Shown one piece after another: positions 11,738 through 23,210 of a DNA stretch of 64,000 bases. The stretch is from Eledone cirrhosa (Eukaryota), in assembly GCA_964016885.1 (NCBI GenBank), contig CAXHJY010000018.1, positions 35,001 to 99,000 on the forward strand. The letters run 5' to 3'. The first letter of the stretch is position 1. Every line of letters starts with the position of its first letter. The position numbers and the translations under genes are program-made. The notes beneath the pieces are model-generated. The model saw only the letters and a list, made by a program, of their open reading frames with translations, had not been told where the DNA came from and did no database searches.

Positions 11738-14308
11738 CCGGTCTTTGCGAGACCTGGATGGACGGGCGATTCTTGAGCCTAAGCAGATGTGTGAGGCCTT
11801 TCAAAGGCACTTTGCCCGACTGTTCGGGAGGGGCGGGGAGCCGGTTGGGAACGTGGACTTCGGTCCATACCTCGACGGCCTGCTGCGCCTCTCGGACAGG
11901 GAGGCGAAGTCCTGCGAGGAGCCGATTTCGGCCGCTGAGATAGAGGACGTGCTGAGCCAATGCGGCAAACGCAAATCCCCGGGTCTCGATGGTCTTCCTT
12001 ACGAATTATATCTAGCTATGCCGGACTTGTTCCCCGATCTCCTCGAGGCGGTCTACTGCAACTGGCAACAGAATGGGAGAATTCCCTGTACCGTGACCAA
12101 GGGCGTAGTCACGCTAGTGAGGAAGGACGAGAACAAGGGGGACGAAATAAGTAACTTCAGGCCCATAACTCTGCTAAATACAGAGTTACAGATTTTGGCC
12201 AAGGTGCTAGCAAAGAGGTTGGCGCTTGTCGTGGGCAACCTGGTGGGAGATGCGCAGACATGCGCTATCCCGTCCAGGTCCATCCATGACAACCTCCACC
12301 TCATGCGATACATCATAGAGAGGGTTGGGAACGAACCCGGCTTTGGTGGGGCTCTGATCAACTTGGATCAATCTAAGGCGTTCGATAGGGTCGACCATGG
12401 TTACCTGGATGCGGTGCTAGCGGCGGCAGGCTTCGGACCCGTTTTCAGGGGCTGGATCACTACTATGCACAGCAGCCGCATCTGCTCTAGGGACAAGGTG
12501 AACGGCTACCTCTCGGAGCCGTTCAAAATCGCGCGGTCCATCCGACAAGGGTGCCCTCTCTCCTCCCTTCTGTATGTGTTGACTCTCGAGCCACTACTGC
12601 GGAAGTTGGAGTTGTTGCAGGGCATCCCTTTGGAACCGGGATTGCGGAAAGCGGTGTCAGCCTACGCCGATGACGTGACAGTAATGGTGTCGACGGCCTC
12701 CGAAATCGAGGCGGTCGGCACCTTACTGGAGGAGTACGAAAAGTTCACAGGGGCTAAGCTGAACCGGGACAAGTCGATCGGTTTGCAACTCGGCACGTGG
12801 AGGGGCAGACCGATGCCCTCCGATGGCGTCGTCGGACGCTGGACGGAGGGCCCGGTGAAGTTGCTCGGGGTCTAGTTCAGACCGGACCTCCAGGTGGAGA
12901 AAAACTGGGCGGAGGTTACGAACAGGGTGTTTGCACTGACCCAGAAGTGGGCCAGTTGCAAACTATCCCTGAAAGGTCGGGCGGAGGTGGCGAACACTTA
13001 TATAGCGTCCGTCATCTACTACCGCCTGACCGTAGTGCCCTGCCCAAGGGAAACCCTCACCAAGATGGAGCGCGCGCTCTTCCAATTCCTTTGGAAGAGG
13101 CGGGCTCCTATGGTGAGGAGATCCATCTGCTGTCAACACCCTTCGAAAGGAGGGCTGGGGATGCCGTGGCTAATGATGCGTAAGCACGCATTAAGGCTAC
13201 GGCACCTCTACGTATTCCTCACCGGACAACCGGTGTGGGCCTCGTTTGTGAGACGAACCTTTCCCAGACTCGTCTCACTCACCGAGCTGCAATCCTGGGT
13301 CAAGCAAAGACCGAGAAAACTGGGCGCCTGGCACACTGAGTGTGCCCAGGCGCTCACCGCCCTCTGGCAGGCGGATCCGGTTATCAGTGGAGACTCCACC
13401 GCAACATTCTATAGAGGGCTGGTACGCAGCAGGTGCGACGACGCCCTTGGAGAAGCCCTAGACATGGAGGAGGACGAACTGGCCAGCCTGTTCGGTAGGA
13501 CATTCAGCCCGGGACCTATGGACAACTTCCAGAAGTCCCTGGCCTGGCAGTGCTACCGAGGGGCTTTACCCGTTCGAGAAAGGCTCTACAGACACGGGCG
13601 CCCGGGTAGGGACCCCGCCAAAAAGATCTGTCCCAGATGCGTGTGTGACGAGGAAACCGTTGCACACGCATTGGTACACTGCTCGGGCGTAGCCGATCTG
13701 TGGGGCTATGTCGAACAACTGCTGTCAAGGGTGGGACCGATCCGGTTGACCACCGAGTCTATTGTAATGATCAAGCCGCCTCCCCCCTTCAAAGATGAAG
13801 CAGAGGCGGTGTTTCTGTGCGTAATAGCCATGGCGAAAGAGGTTGTATGGTGGACGCGTCTGAAAGGACTGAGGTCAGGCACCTTTCTCTCTGGCCAACA
13901 ACTGGTCCGTTTCTTCCGATATCATTTCGGAAGAAGGATCAGGATGGAGAGAGAGGTGCTGCACCCCAGTCATTTTTATGAAAGGTGGGTGAAAGTGGCG
14001 AGAATGGCCCGTGTGAATGGGCCTTCTCTTTACATAAGCCTGTAGGTGGAAAAGAGGAAGGAACGAGGGAGCACCCCCTCTCTGTGCTCCTGAGGAAAAG
14101 GGTTGCACACTTTTTTCGGGGGTGTGTGCGACCCCCCAAGGCGCCTCCTCTCTATTGAGGATTTTGTTAAAAATTTTATTTTTTGTTATATCTTATTTTA
14201 TTTTTATATTTTGTTATTGCCTCCTCCGTATTGAGGATGCCTTTTTGTGTAAACTCCCCCCTTTGTACTTGTCCCACTTTTGATGCCCTAGTGGCAAATA
14301 AAAGAAAC
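11738..14308 (+). mobile_element. 5'-truncated Tx1/L1-clade non-LTR retrotransposon (RT + CCHC finger)
   Basis: KSPGLDG, FRPITLLN, DQSKAFDRV, RQGCPLS, YADD and C-terminal CPRC..ETVAHALVHC. ORFs 11463-12875 and 12894-14045 are in one frame split by a single TAG; aataaa near the 3' end; GC-rich against host. Confidence 0.93.
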
Positions 14309-14426
14309 ATATCTATCTATATATATATATATATATATAGAAAGTTATATTTAAAATTGTTGGGTTACAACTAGTAAATATTTATAACTGATATAAAAGC
14401 ACTCGACAAATATTTGGAGTATATTT

Positions 14427-14753
14427 ACAATATTAAATAAATGGAAACTATATTTATAAAACCATATCTATTTCATTATATATATTTCGGGGATATCATA
14501 TTAACAATATGCTATGCCTTCCTCAGACAAAATACAATATAAACAGTTTTATAGATAAATAGATTCGACATACCGTAACAACCTCTCCAAATGCAAGTCG
14601 GTGTTGTTACGGTATGTCGAATCTATTTATCTATAAAACTGTTTATATTGTATTTTGTCTGAGGAAGGCATAGCATATTGTTAATATGATATCCCCGAAA
14701 TATATATAATGAAATAGATATGGTTTTATAAATATAGTTTCCATTTATTTAAT

Positions 14754-14758
<5 letters not shown>
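14427..14758. repeat. Fold-back inverted repeat, 156-bp arms, 20-nt loop; probable PLE pLTR remnant
   Basis: 14427-14582 is the reverse complement of 14603-14758, with no mismatch seen by eye. Confidence 0.95.
14652..14715 (+). ncRNA. Minimal hammerhead-ribozyme-like motif (mirrored on minus strand in left arm)
   Basis: attttgt-CTGAGGA-agg c ata g catatt gtt aatatg a tat c ccc-GAAA-tatata-TA-atgaaat; stems I and II pair and stem III is palindromic. Confidence 0.65.
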
Positions 14759-14795
<37 letters not shown>

Positions 14796-14839
14796 TACAT
14801 GTGTATGTATCTACATCTGTATGTATATATATATATATC

Positions 14840-16250
14840 TCATCATCATCATCATCGATTTTACATCCATTTTTCCACGCTTGCACGGGTTGGATGGATC
14901 CTTCTCAGCATGGCATCTTTCCACTTGTTACATTCCTTTGTCATCTCCGCTGTGAATCTCAGTAATTTGAGGTCAGCTCTCACAAACTCTGCCCAGGTCT
15001 ATCTTGGTCTACCTCTATTGCAGCTTTTTTCTACTGCCATTTCCCAACTCATCCAAGCTCTGCCTTACATTACACATCCAACGGAGCATGGTTGCTTCAT
15101 TTCTCTCCAGTCTATGCATGTCTTCCAGTCACAGCCCATGTTTCACTACTATCCAGTATTGCACTTCGCACTCAGGCATCATAGAATCATCCTTTTGTAT
15201 GTAGGGAGAAAACTTTTGTGGTGAAAAGTGGGGGTAGCTCTGTAAGCTTTTTTCTATCTTATCCTTATTCTAGCTATTATGCTCTCAGAGCATTATTAAT
15301 TACATTGCCTAGATAGCATAAGCTATCAACCATGTCTATGGGTCCTTCTTAGGACTGGAATAGGTTTACATCACTGGTACTCTTCCCCTCAAGTACCCCA
15401 GTGTATCTTCTACAAACAAATTCTTCCATTTCTGTTAATCTACTTGTTTCCTATAACATCTCTTGTGTACTCAAGATTTACATTGTGTACATCGAATCGA
15501 GTTTATGACTATTCCCTTTCTACATATTGAGCAAGGCCACTTCCCTAAAGGAATCCTGATTCCTATCTTTTCTCCTACTCACTAGCACTTTAGTTTTGTC
15601 TAAGTTTACTCTCAGACCTTTTGATTCCAAATTCTGTTTCCATAGTCGGAACTTATTTTCTTGTTTTTCAATGGATTCGGCTATAAGGACAAGATCATCT
15701 GCATAGAGAAGTTCCTCTGTTATAGCCTGGAGTGCTATAATTAATAGTTGTGGGCTAATAACTGAATCCTGATGAACTCCTACTTGTACCTTGAATTCCT
15801 CACTAAAATCACTTTACTAACAGCTTATCTGATTATGGTTTGCACTGCTCTCACCAACCATTCTTCTACACCTAATTTCCTTAAGGATTCCAAGATAATA
15901 GATTGAGGGACTCTGTCAAAGCCTTTTCTAGATCAATGAAAGCTAGGTATAGTGGCTTATTTTTGGCTAGGAATTTCTCTTGAAGTTGTCTCACTAAAAC
16001 GAGGGCATCTGTAATACTTTTCCCAAGCATGAAACCAAACTGCATCCCATATAATTTGACCCTTTCTCTAATTAGTTGCATTATAACTATTTCCATCACT
16101 TTCATAACTTGGTCCATTAATTCTATCCTTCTATATTTGCTCCTTTTTTGGGCAACTCTTTTGCCCTTGTCACAAGCAATTTATGACTGTGCTGCTGTGC
16201 CATTCATTGGGTATGACATCGCTTTTAGCATCTCAGCAACTATCTCTGAT
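14840..16250 (-). mobile_element. Degenerate RTE LINE (RT and 3' end)
   Basis: MDQVMKV...MQFGFMLGKSITDAL...YLAFIDLEKA; (CAT)n tail at 14841; multiple deletions. Confidence 0.85.
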
Positions 16251-16286
16251 GTAAAAAGATGATTATTATATATATATATGAATGGA

Positions 16287-16932
16287 GTAGAAAGATCCAG
16301 GAAGACCTGGGATGAGGTGATAAAAGCTGACCTTGTGCAATTGTACCTCTCAAAGAAAATGATTCAGGATCGAGATCGTTGGCATTATGCAGTAATATAG
16401 AAAACCCACCATACCTACCGCATTGACTCAAACACACCTAGTAGGCAAATTTTACCCACTTAACCACTATATCCCCTTCCATACACCCCCATGCCCCTAG
16501 ACCACCCTCCCACTTCTGTCCACACCACCCTTACACTAAAATTATGTTGGTATCACAAAAAACATCCAGCCAAAACTGTAAAGTGGTCATGTAGGTGTTA
16601 TGACAAAAAGCACCCAGCCCACACTCTAAGGTGGTTGTGTAGGTACCACAACTAAAAGCACCCAGCCCACACTCTAAGGTGGTTGTGTAGGTACCACAAC
16701 TAAAAGCACCCAGCCCACACTCTAAGGTGGTTGTGTAGGTACCACAACTAAAAGCACCCAGCCCACACTGCAAATGTGGTTGGTATTAGGAAGGGCATCC
16801 AGCCATAGAAATCTAGCCAGAAACAGTCTTATATGAGTAAGACATGGTCACCTGACCCAACTTGCCTCAAATGGGACAACCCATCTAACTCATGCTAACA
16901 TGGAAAATGGACGTGGATTGATGATGATCATG
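16287..16932 (+). mobile_element. RTE family A-like 3' end with expanded UTR repeats
   Basis: acctgggatgaggtgataaaagc matches the family A C-terminus; ends ggaaaatggacgt...gatgatg. Confidence 0.8.
16606..16770 (+). repeat. 48-bp tandem repeat, about 3.5 copies
   Basis: Unit aaaagcacccagcccacactctaaggtggttgtgtaggtaccacaact. Confidence 0.92.
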
Positions 16933-18194
16933 ATAGAGTCTGGGGTGCTGAACCAAGGGGACCACTAATCATGTGAGTACTTGATACAGGATATATATAA
17001 ATATATATATATATATATGAAAAAGAAAAGAAAAATTTCATTATTTATCAGGTCAGTATTGTACATGAAGTAATCGTTTCATGGAAAACAGATGTAAAAT
17101 GATGGTTATAATGATGATGATTATGATGATGATGTGATTAAGAATTAGACTATAATGATTTTAGTTCTCCTTAAATTCTTTTCATATATAGGCATTATTT
17201 ATTACATTATATGCTGTTTGACAAGCTTAAACTTTAATAGATTTTGGTTAGCATTGACCTGCCAATAAATTTGTTTAAATTGCCTTTAAATCATTGAAAA
17301 TCTTTTGACATTACATTCAAAGTTTCAAAATTATACCCCATCAGACTTCAAAGACACAATAATGAGAATTTTCAACCACCCAAAACCTTAGAGACAATGC
17401 TGAAATGAATTGGGTCTTCTCGAAAATAAAACTTGTCAACTGTCTCCATTGAATAATTTGAGAAGGACAATAGTCTTTAGTCTTTGCATTCATATATCAT
17501 TCATATTATTAATTAAATTACCATATATTACACACTTCAGTTTAAATCTCCCTATCAGTAATTTTGATATTACACAACATCATTTGTACACCCATAGAAA
17601 ACCACTAATTAAATAATATTGATTTTATGCTTAGTAGTAGGGTTTTAATATTTCTCACATTATGTTATCTTTTAGACACAAACTGGATCTTTCTGGAGTA
17701 CTCAGATCAAAACTAATTTGTAACAGCTTTATAAACTATTGTACAGAGTAAAGTAACTGAGGATTGAGATTTAGAAGACATATGGTCGGCCTGGATATCC
17801 ATATTGTTTAAAAACCATTCCTTCATACCTAACACTAACATTGTTCAACAGTTCACAGAACATGAGTCCCTATGAAAACCATTCCCTATATCAACAAATA
17901 TAAGGTGGTGTTTCTACTTTATTTCTCTTCTAGAATATGTCATCAGAGGTTCTATATAAAATTATATACTTTATCTATTTTCATTAGAACTCTTCATTAA
18001 AAGTAAAATGGAAAATATTTCTTCTTAAAACATAGTACTCTTACTTTTAATGAACTTAGTCTTACAGATACAAAATGGTTTTTGCATATTTGATTTTACT
18101 GCATTTTAACTTTGCTTTTACATGTACAATTTCCATTCCTCATATAGACATTGATTTAAAAAACAAAAAAAAAACAAAACAAAAAAAACGGGCA

Positions 18195-18430
18195 GTCACT
18201 CCAAGTAGAGCTGCTAATTCTCCAAATTGAGAGACCACAGTTCCGATACTATGGGCATGTGGTTAGAATGTCTCAGGATAGAATCGTTGGACAGATTTTA
18301 TGGGCGAAACCAACAGGTAGGAGACCCAGGGGTAGACCCCCATGAGCTTGGCTGGTCGTGCTTAGGGATCCAGCTGGCTCAGTTGGAGATGGTTTCCCTC
18401 TCTCAAGAATAAGTGAAAGAAGAAGAAGAG
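18195..18430 (+). mobile_element. RTE-clade 3' fragment of a third family
   Basis: Translates YYGHVVRMSQDRIVGQILWAKPTGRRPRGRP. Confidence 0.7.
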
Positions 18431-18683
18431 AACAAAAAACCATGATACACATTATAAGATGGAAACTACAATTATCCTTCATCAACTTTTATTTGATAAG
18501 AGATTTATCTACAAAACATTCAGTGTTTTAAAATATATAAATAAATAAAATAAATAAAAAATAACCCTATTTATCACATTAAAAAAATTAATAAAAAACA
18601 CTATTAATATCTTTCTTCCTTCAATTTTATCTATTTTTTTCCAAATTAAGTTTTTTTCAGCTTTAGCTAAAGGCAATAATTAC

Positions 18684-18834
18684 CTGAATGATGTTGAAGT
18701 AGTCATATACTGTGAGTGTATCCAATATTTTATTTACTGTGCTCTGTGCAATTATCATACGGGATCCGGTCATACTTCCACTAGAGTCCAAAAGTATGAT
18801 GACATTTTTTGGTGCTGCAGCTCCTTGGATATAC
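18684..18834 (-). CDS. alpha2-delta subunit, coding exon B (VWA start, MIDAS DxSxS)
   Basis: AG|G TAT ATC CAA...ATT CAG|GTaatt; translates (W)YIQGAAAPKNVIILLDSSGSMTGSRMIIAQSTVNKILDTLTVYDYFNIIQ. 151 nt; not in the ORF track. Confidence 0.95.
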
Positions 18835-18907
18835 CTACAGAAGAAGATTAATTACCTTAATTGTGATAAATGTTAAGCATTATAATAGCTGGTAAATAGA
18901 ATGAATA

Positions 18908-18943
<36 letters not shown>

Positions 18944-19159
18944 TTCAAAAGTATGAATAAAACAGTAAATCTATCGCATCATCAATATCTTGATATGGAA
19001 CTAAAGAAATCATTATTATATAAAAGAAATAAAGAAATATTTTGATATGGAATATATTTTCTGAAATCTGTATGTATGGAATCATCACCCGTGGTGTGTT
19101 TTTATGGTTGCTGTAGTAATACACAGCATTTCTTGGTCATTTTAAACCTGGCAGAGAAG

Positions 19160-19355
19160 GTGAGGAAGTGATAGAGATCAAGGGATAAAGAGGAAGAATA
19201 TATCCCAGTATGGGACTGGTACTGGTACTTGTTTTATCAACCTTGAAAGGATGAAAAGCAAAGTTGATCTTAGTGGGATTTGAATTTAGAAAGTAGGAAC
19301 AAATACCACAAAACACTATTTCTGGCATTTTGACGTCACTGCTAATTTGCTGCCC
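19160..19355 (-). mobile_element. Degenerate SINE family 1
   Basis: ctggtacttgttttatcaaccttgaaaggatgaaaagcaaagttga. Confidence 0.7.
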
Positions 19356-21638
19356 TTTAGTAAATCTACTATGGGTCTTAATATAAGAATAGAATACATT
19401 AATAAGTGTAGGTTGCTTTTAGAGGATTCATTTCACTTAATTGCTATTGACAAGTCAAAGAAAGAGAAATATTATAGTTTCCATGGTAATAGTTTCATTG
19501 GATTGGAACAATGCATTTTTTTTTAGACATTTGCAGGAAATCTTGGAACCAGTGTTTTATAATGAAAACAAATTGAACTTTATTCCAATACACATTAATA
19601 AGTAGGATGTAGGGGAATAATCTACAAATAATACTGTAATCTTGATGCTGGAATATAATTTCTAGTCTTCCATATCTAATTTTATTTTCTTCTTCCTTTT
19701 TTTATTTTTGCTATTTTCATTTATTGACATAAATTGGAGATGAGTGTTTTCACAACATTATTTGTTTTTACAAATAAAAATAACAAGAGTATAATGTTGG
19801 TGTATTATGTTGTTAAGAAGAGAAATTGGTTTCAACATTTCAAACAGGAAGATCTTTGTCAAGGAAAACATCCTCATCATCATTTAATGTCTGTTTTCCC
19901 TGCTAGCAAGGGTTGGATGGGTCTTCACAGATTGAGCCAGTTCTCAAGCAGAGCTACTGACAAACCAAATGGACAGAGGGGTTTGCATTTCGCATACAGA
20001 CGATCTACTGAGTGCATTTTATTGTGACACTAGCACTCGGGAAGTGGTTATGTCTTTGACATAACTGAAGGATCCTGCCAATCCTTTTTAGGCAAACTTT
20101 CTATGGCTGGAGGCCATTCACATCACCAACCACTTTACAGTATATATTGGATGTGTTAATCATCTAGATTACTAACACTAGAGGGGTTGTCATGTTTTTG
20201 ACACAAATGAAGTGTCCTCCCAAATATTTGTTTCACAAGCTTTTTATGACAGAAGAAAAAATAAGAATTAATAAAAAATGATTTTATGTATGTTACTAAA
20301 CAAGCATGGTTGGCAAATGGTGGAATGGAAGTTGAGAGAGGCATATGTATCTGTAGATTCTGGCAGAGAAGTGTGTAAGAGGAGATAAGTCACTGTTGGT
20401 TCTGTGTAGTAGACTTAATTGTGAAGCTAAGCAGTGTCAACAATAGGCATGTAAGTAGAAGAGAGGAGGAAGAAAACGAAGGAATGAATGAGTAGTGGGG
20501 CAATGAGACAAACTTGCATGAATGGATGAGTAGCAGAGATGCAAGAAAAAAGGAAGGAAGGAAGGAAGGAAGGAAGGAATAAGTATATAGTAGTGAATGC
20601 AAGTGGAGCAAATGTATGTTCAGACAATGGTATGTTTATATGAGCAGATAGATAGAAAATTCAGATTGTGTAGATGTGAATGAAAAGGGAGAAATCAAAA
20701 GAAAAATAATTGATTGTTCTTTCCAGTCAGAAAGGCCATCCATAACTAGAAGAAGAAAAAATATTCCCAGAGGAATTGTATGCAACAAAACGATGATGTT
20801 AGAGAAAACCAAAGCTGAAAGGATAATGAATGGTATGTTTAAAGTAGTTGAAAGATTTTTCAAAATCTATCACTATTGCATCACACATCTAGCAGATACT
20901 GCCTGAATCAATAATTTATCAAACAAGCAGTCACACTAACCACTACACCAATTCCTTATTTTGCAAGACATTTCTCTCAGTTTATGTATTTCCCAAAGGA
21001 GTTGACTTGTAACAGTTTAAGTGAAACATTAACAGGATCAATCTCCCTGGTTTCAGAAGGCCTGTGAAAACCATGGACACTGTACCTCCCTCCAGATTTA
21101 CCAAATAAAAAAACAACTGCCCAGTGAACCTATATAATAAGGCAGCCATGATAATGGTATGATAATGTTCGTTTAGAATTCTGGAATTCACATTACATTA
21201 AATTCTGATCTTTATTAAAAAGAAAAAAAGAAATATATATATAATATAAATGAATTAGAATAAATTACCATTAGAATATATATAATAGACAAAATTATAT
21301 AATACCTAACTTGTTTTATCTTTTTAACCAGATTTAAGATATTTGGCAACCATGAGTAAGAATTGAGAGGAAGTAGCTATTATGTTGCAAGCTTTCTTTT
21401 TAGATTTGTATCAAGTAATGTAATCATCATCATCATCCTCATTATCATCATCGTTGTTTTAACATCCAATTTCAATGCTGGCATGGGTTGTTACTGGGGT
21501 TAAACTGGCCATGTGACCATGTCTAGCTCATACATTCCATATTTGGCATACTTTCTAGGACTGGATACCTTACATCAACCACCTTACCAGGAGTATTGGG
21601 TACATCAGTGCTACCACTTTACAGAGTGGATAAGAAAG

Positions 21639-22143
21639 GTTGTCACATGATCATCCCTATTGTAAAGTCCTCTTAGACCCTATATTGAATCTCATCAAAT
21701 GTATTACTTATGTCTTAATGCTTGTACTGGTGGTCAGATATTATTGTATATCACCTCAAAATCACAATGCTTTGAAGTTTATACTCTAGCACTATCTCAA
21801 TAGTTCAACTGGAAAACTTAGTCCAGTGTAAAAGATAGCATAATGGTTGCTATATGTACTTTAAATAAATAAACTAAAAATACAAAGATAAACAAAAACC
21901 CAATATATCTTCTATAAACCCCAGCTATTTATCAGCTATTAAATATTTTAGCAAAACTCTTCACTGGACAACAAAGATTGTCACATGATCATCCATATTG
22001 TATGGTCCTCTTAGACCCTATATTGAATCTCATCAAATTTATTACTTATGTCTTAATGCTTGTACTGGTGGACAGGTATATCACCTCAAAATCACAATAC
22101 TTTGAAGTTTATACTCTAGCACTACCTCAATAGTTCAACTGGA
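21639..22143. repeat. Local direct duplication of about 170 bp
   Basis: ttgtcacatgatcatcc...caatagttcaactgga at about 21639-21813 and 21978-22143. Confidence 0.88.
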
Positions 22144-22984
22144 GTAAAAAGAATTTAAATAATTATTATGTCTTTCGTTCAGTGTGAAACAAAATTAATT
22201 CTATAAGAAAATTTTCAATTTAGATTTATTTGAAATAGCAAGGAATATCATTCTCCACGCCTCCAAAAGTAAGGGAGTGACATTCTCCTGTGTTCCCATA
22301 ATACTACACAATTATATACAGGAACTTAACAACACTAGTAAAAACGTAATTAGGAGGAGCCAGTGGGAAGACGGAGTTAAAGAAATGGGAGGTAGCTAGC
22401 AAAGGGGATAACAGTTGGTCAATGTATTTAGAGATGATTTTGGTTGGGAAGTGGCAAAGTGGAAACAGTGGGCTAATATACATCATGGCTTGAAAAATCT
22501 TGGAGAGGAAGTTAATAGGGGAGGTTCATGGTTTGTAAATGATAAGGGTAGTAGCTATGGAAGGGTTACTGAGTAACTGGAGCACTTAAGGCTTACAGAG
22601 ATCAGTTTGGCATAAAACAGTAGTACTTTATTTGCTTGCTGGTTTGACACAATAGTGTAATGTCGCTATCAAATACAGGGGAGTGAGACCAGTTTTAATT
22701 CAGACATACTAATATATCTTAACTGCTTTCAGGAATCAAATCAATTTTATCCTTACTGGTGAACAGGTCTAATGCACAGACTAATACCATCTGACCAAGT
22801 GAAACAAAGACAGCAAAATAATTGAAGTATCAACCGACTTTCTACGTTGAAATAATGACAAGCTGTCATCAAGTCTCAATAAATCTCAAGTTATCCTTAT
22901 CACCATCGCCACCATTACTGTTCAACATCTATTTTCTATGACTGCATAGGTTATCACATGTTGACTATCAATTTTGTCTATATC

Positions 22985-23210
22985 TGATGGCCACTCCTTG
23001 TCGTGGTGGAGGTGGTTGCATGGTCCAATGACTTTGAGAGCAATACCATTGTCAGTTCTAAGTTCCTGGTAGGGCCACCCTTGTTAGCAAGGTCGAAGAC
23101 AAGGACCCAGACTATGTGCAACGAATCCCCAAAGACCCCAACAGTGGAACAAGCGGAGCGGATGAAGAGGGCTATGCATGACGAACATGCGACAGAAGGT
23201 GCCACTTAAA
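22985..23210 (+). mobile_element. Probable RTE 5' UTR fragment
   Basis: ccttgtcgtggtgg...ctggtagggccacc resembles RTE/Expander-type 5' UTRs (recalled, not searched). Confidence 0.45.

Noticed and set aside
16606-16770. CRISPR-like regular repeats
   Set aside because: Units are contiguous and identical with no unique spacers; eukaryotic LINE UTR context.
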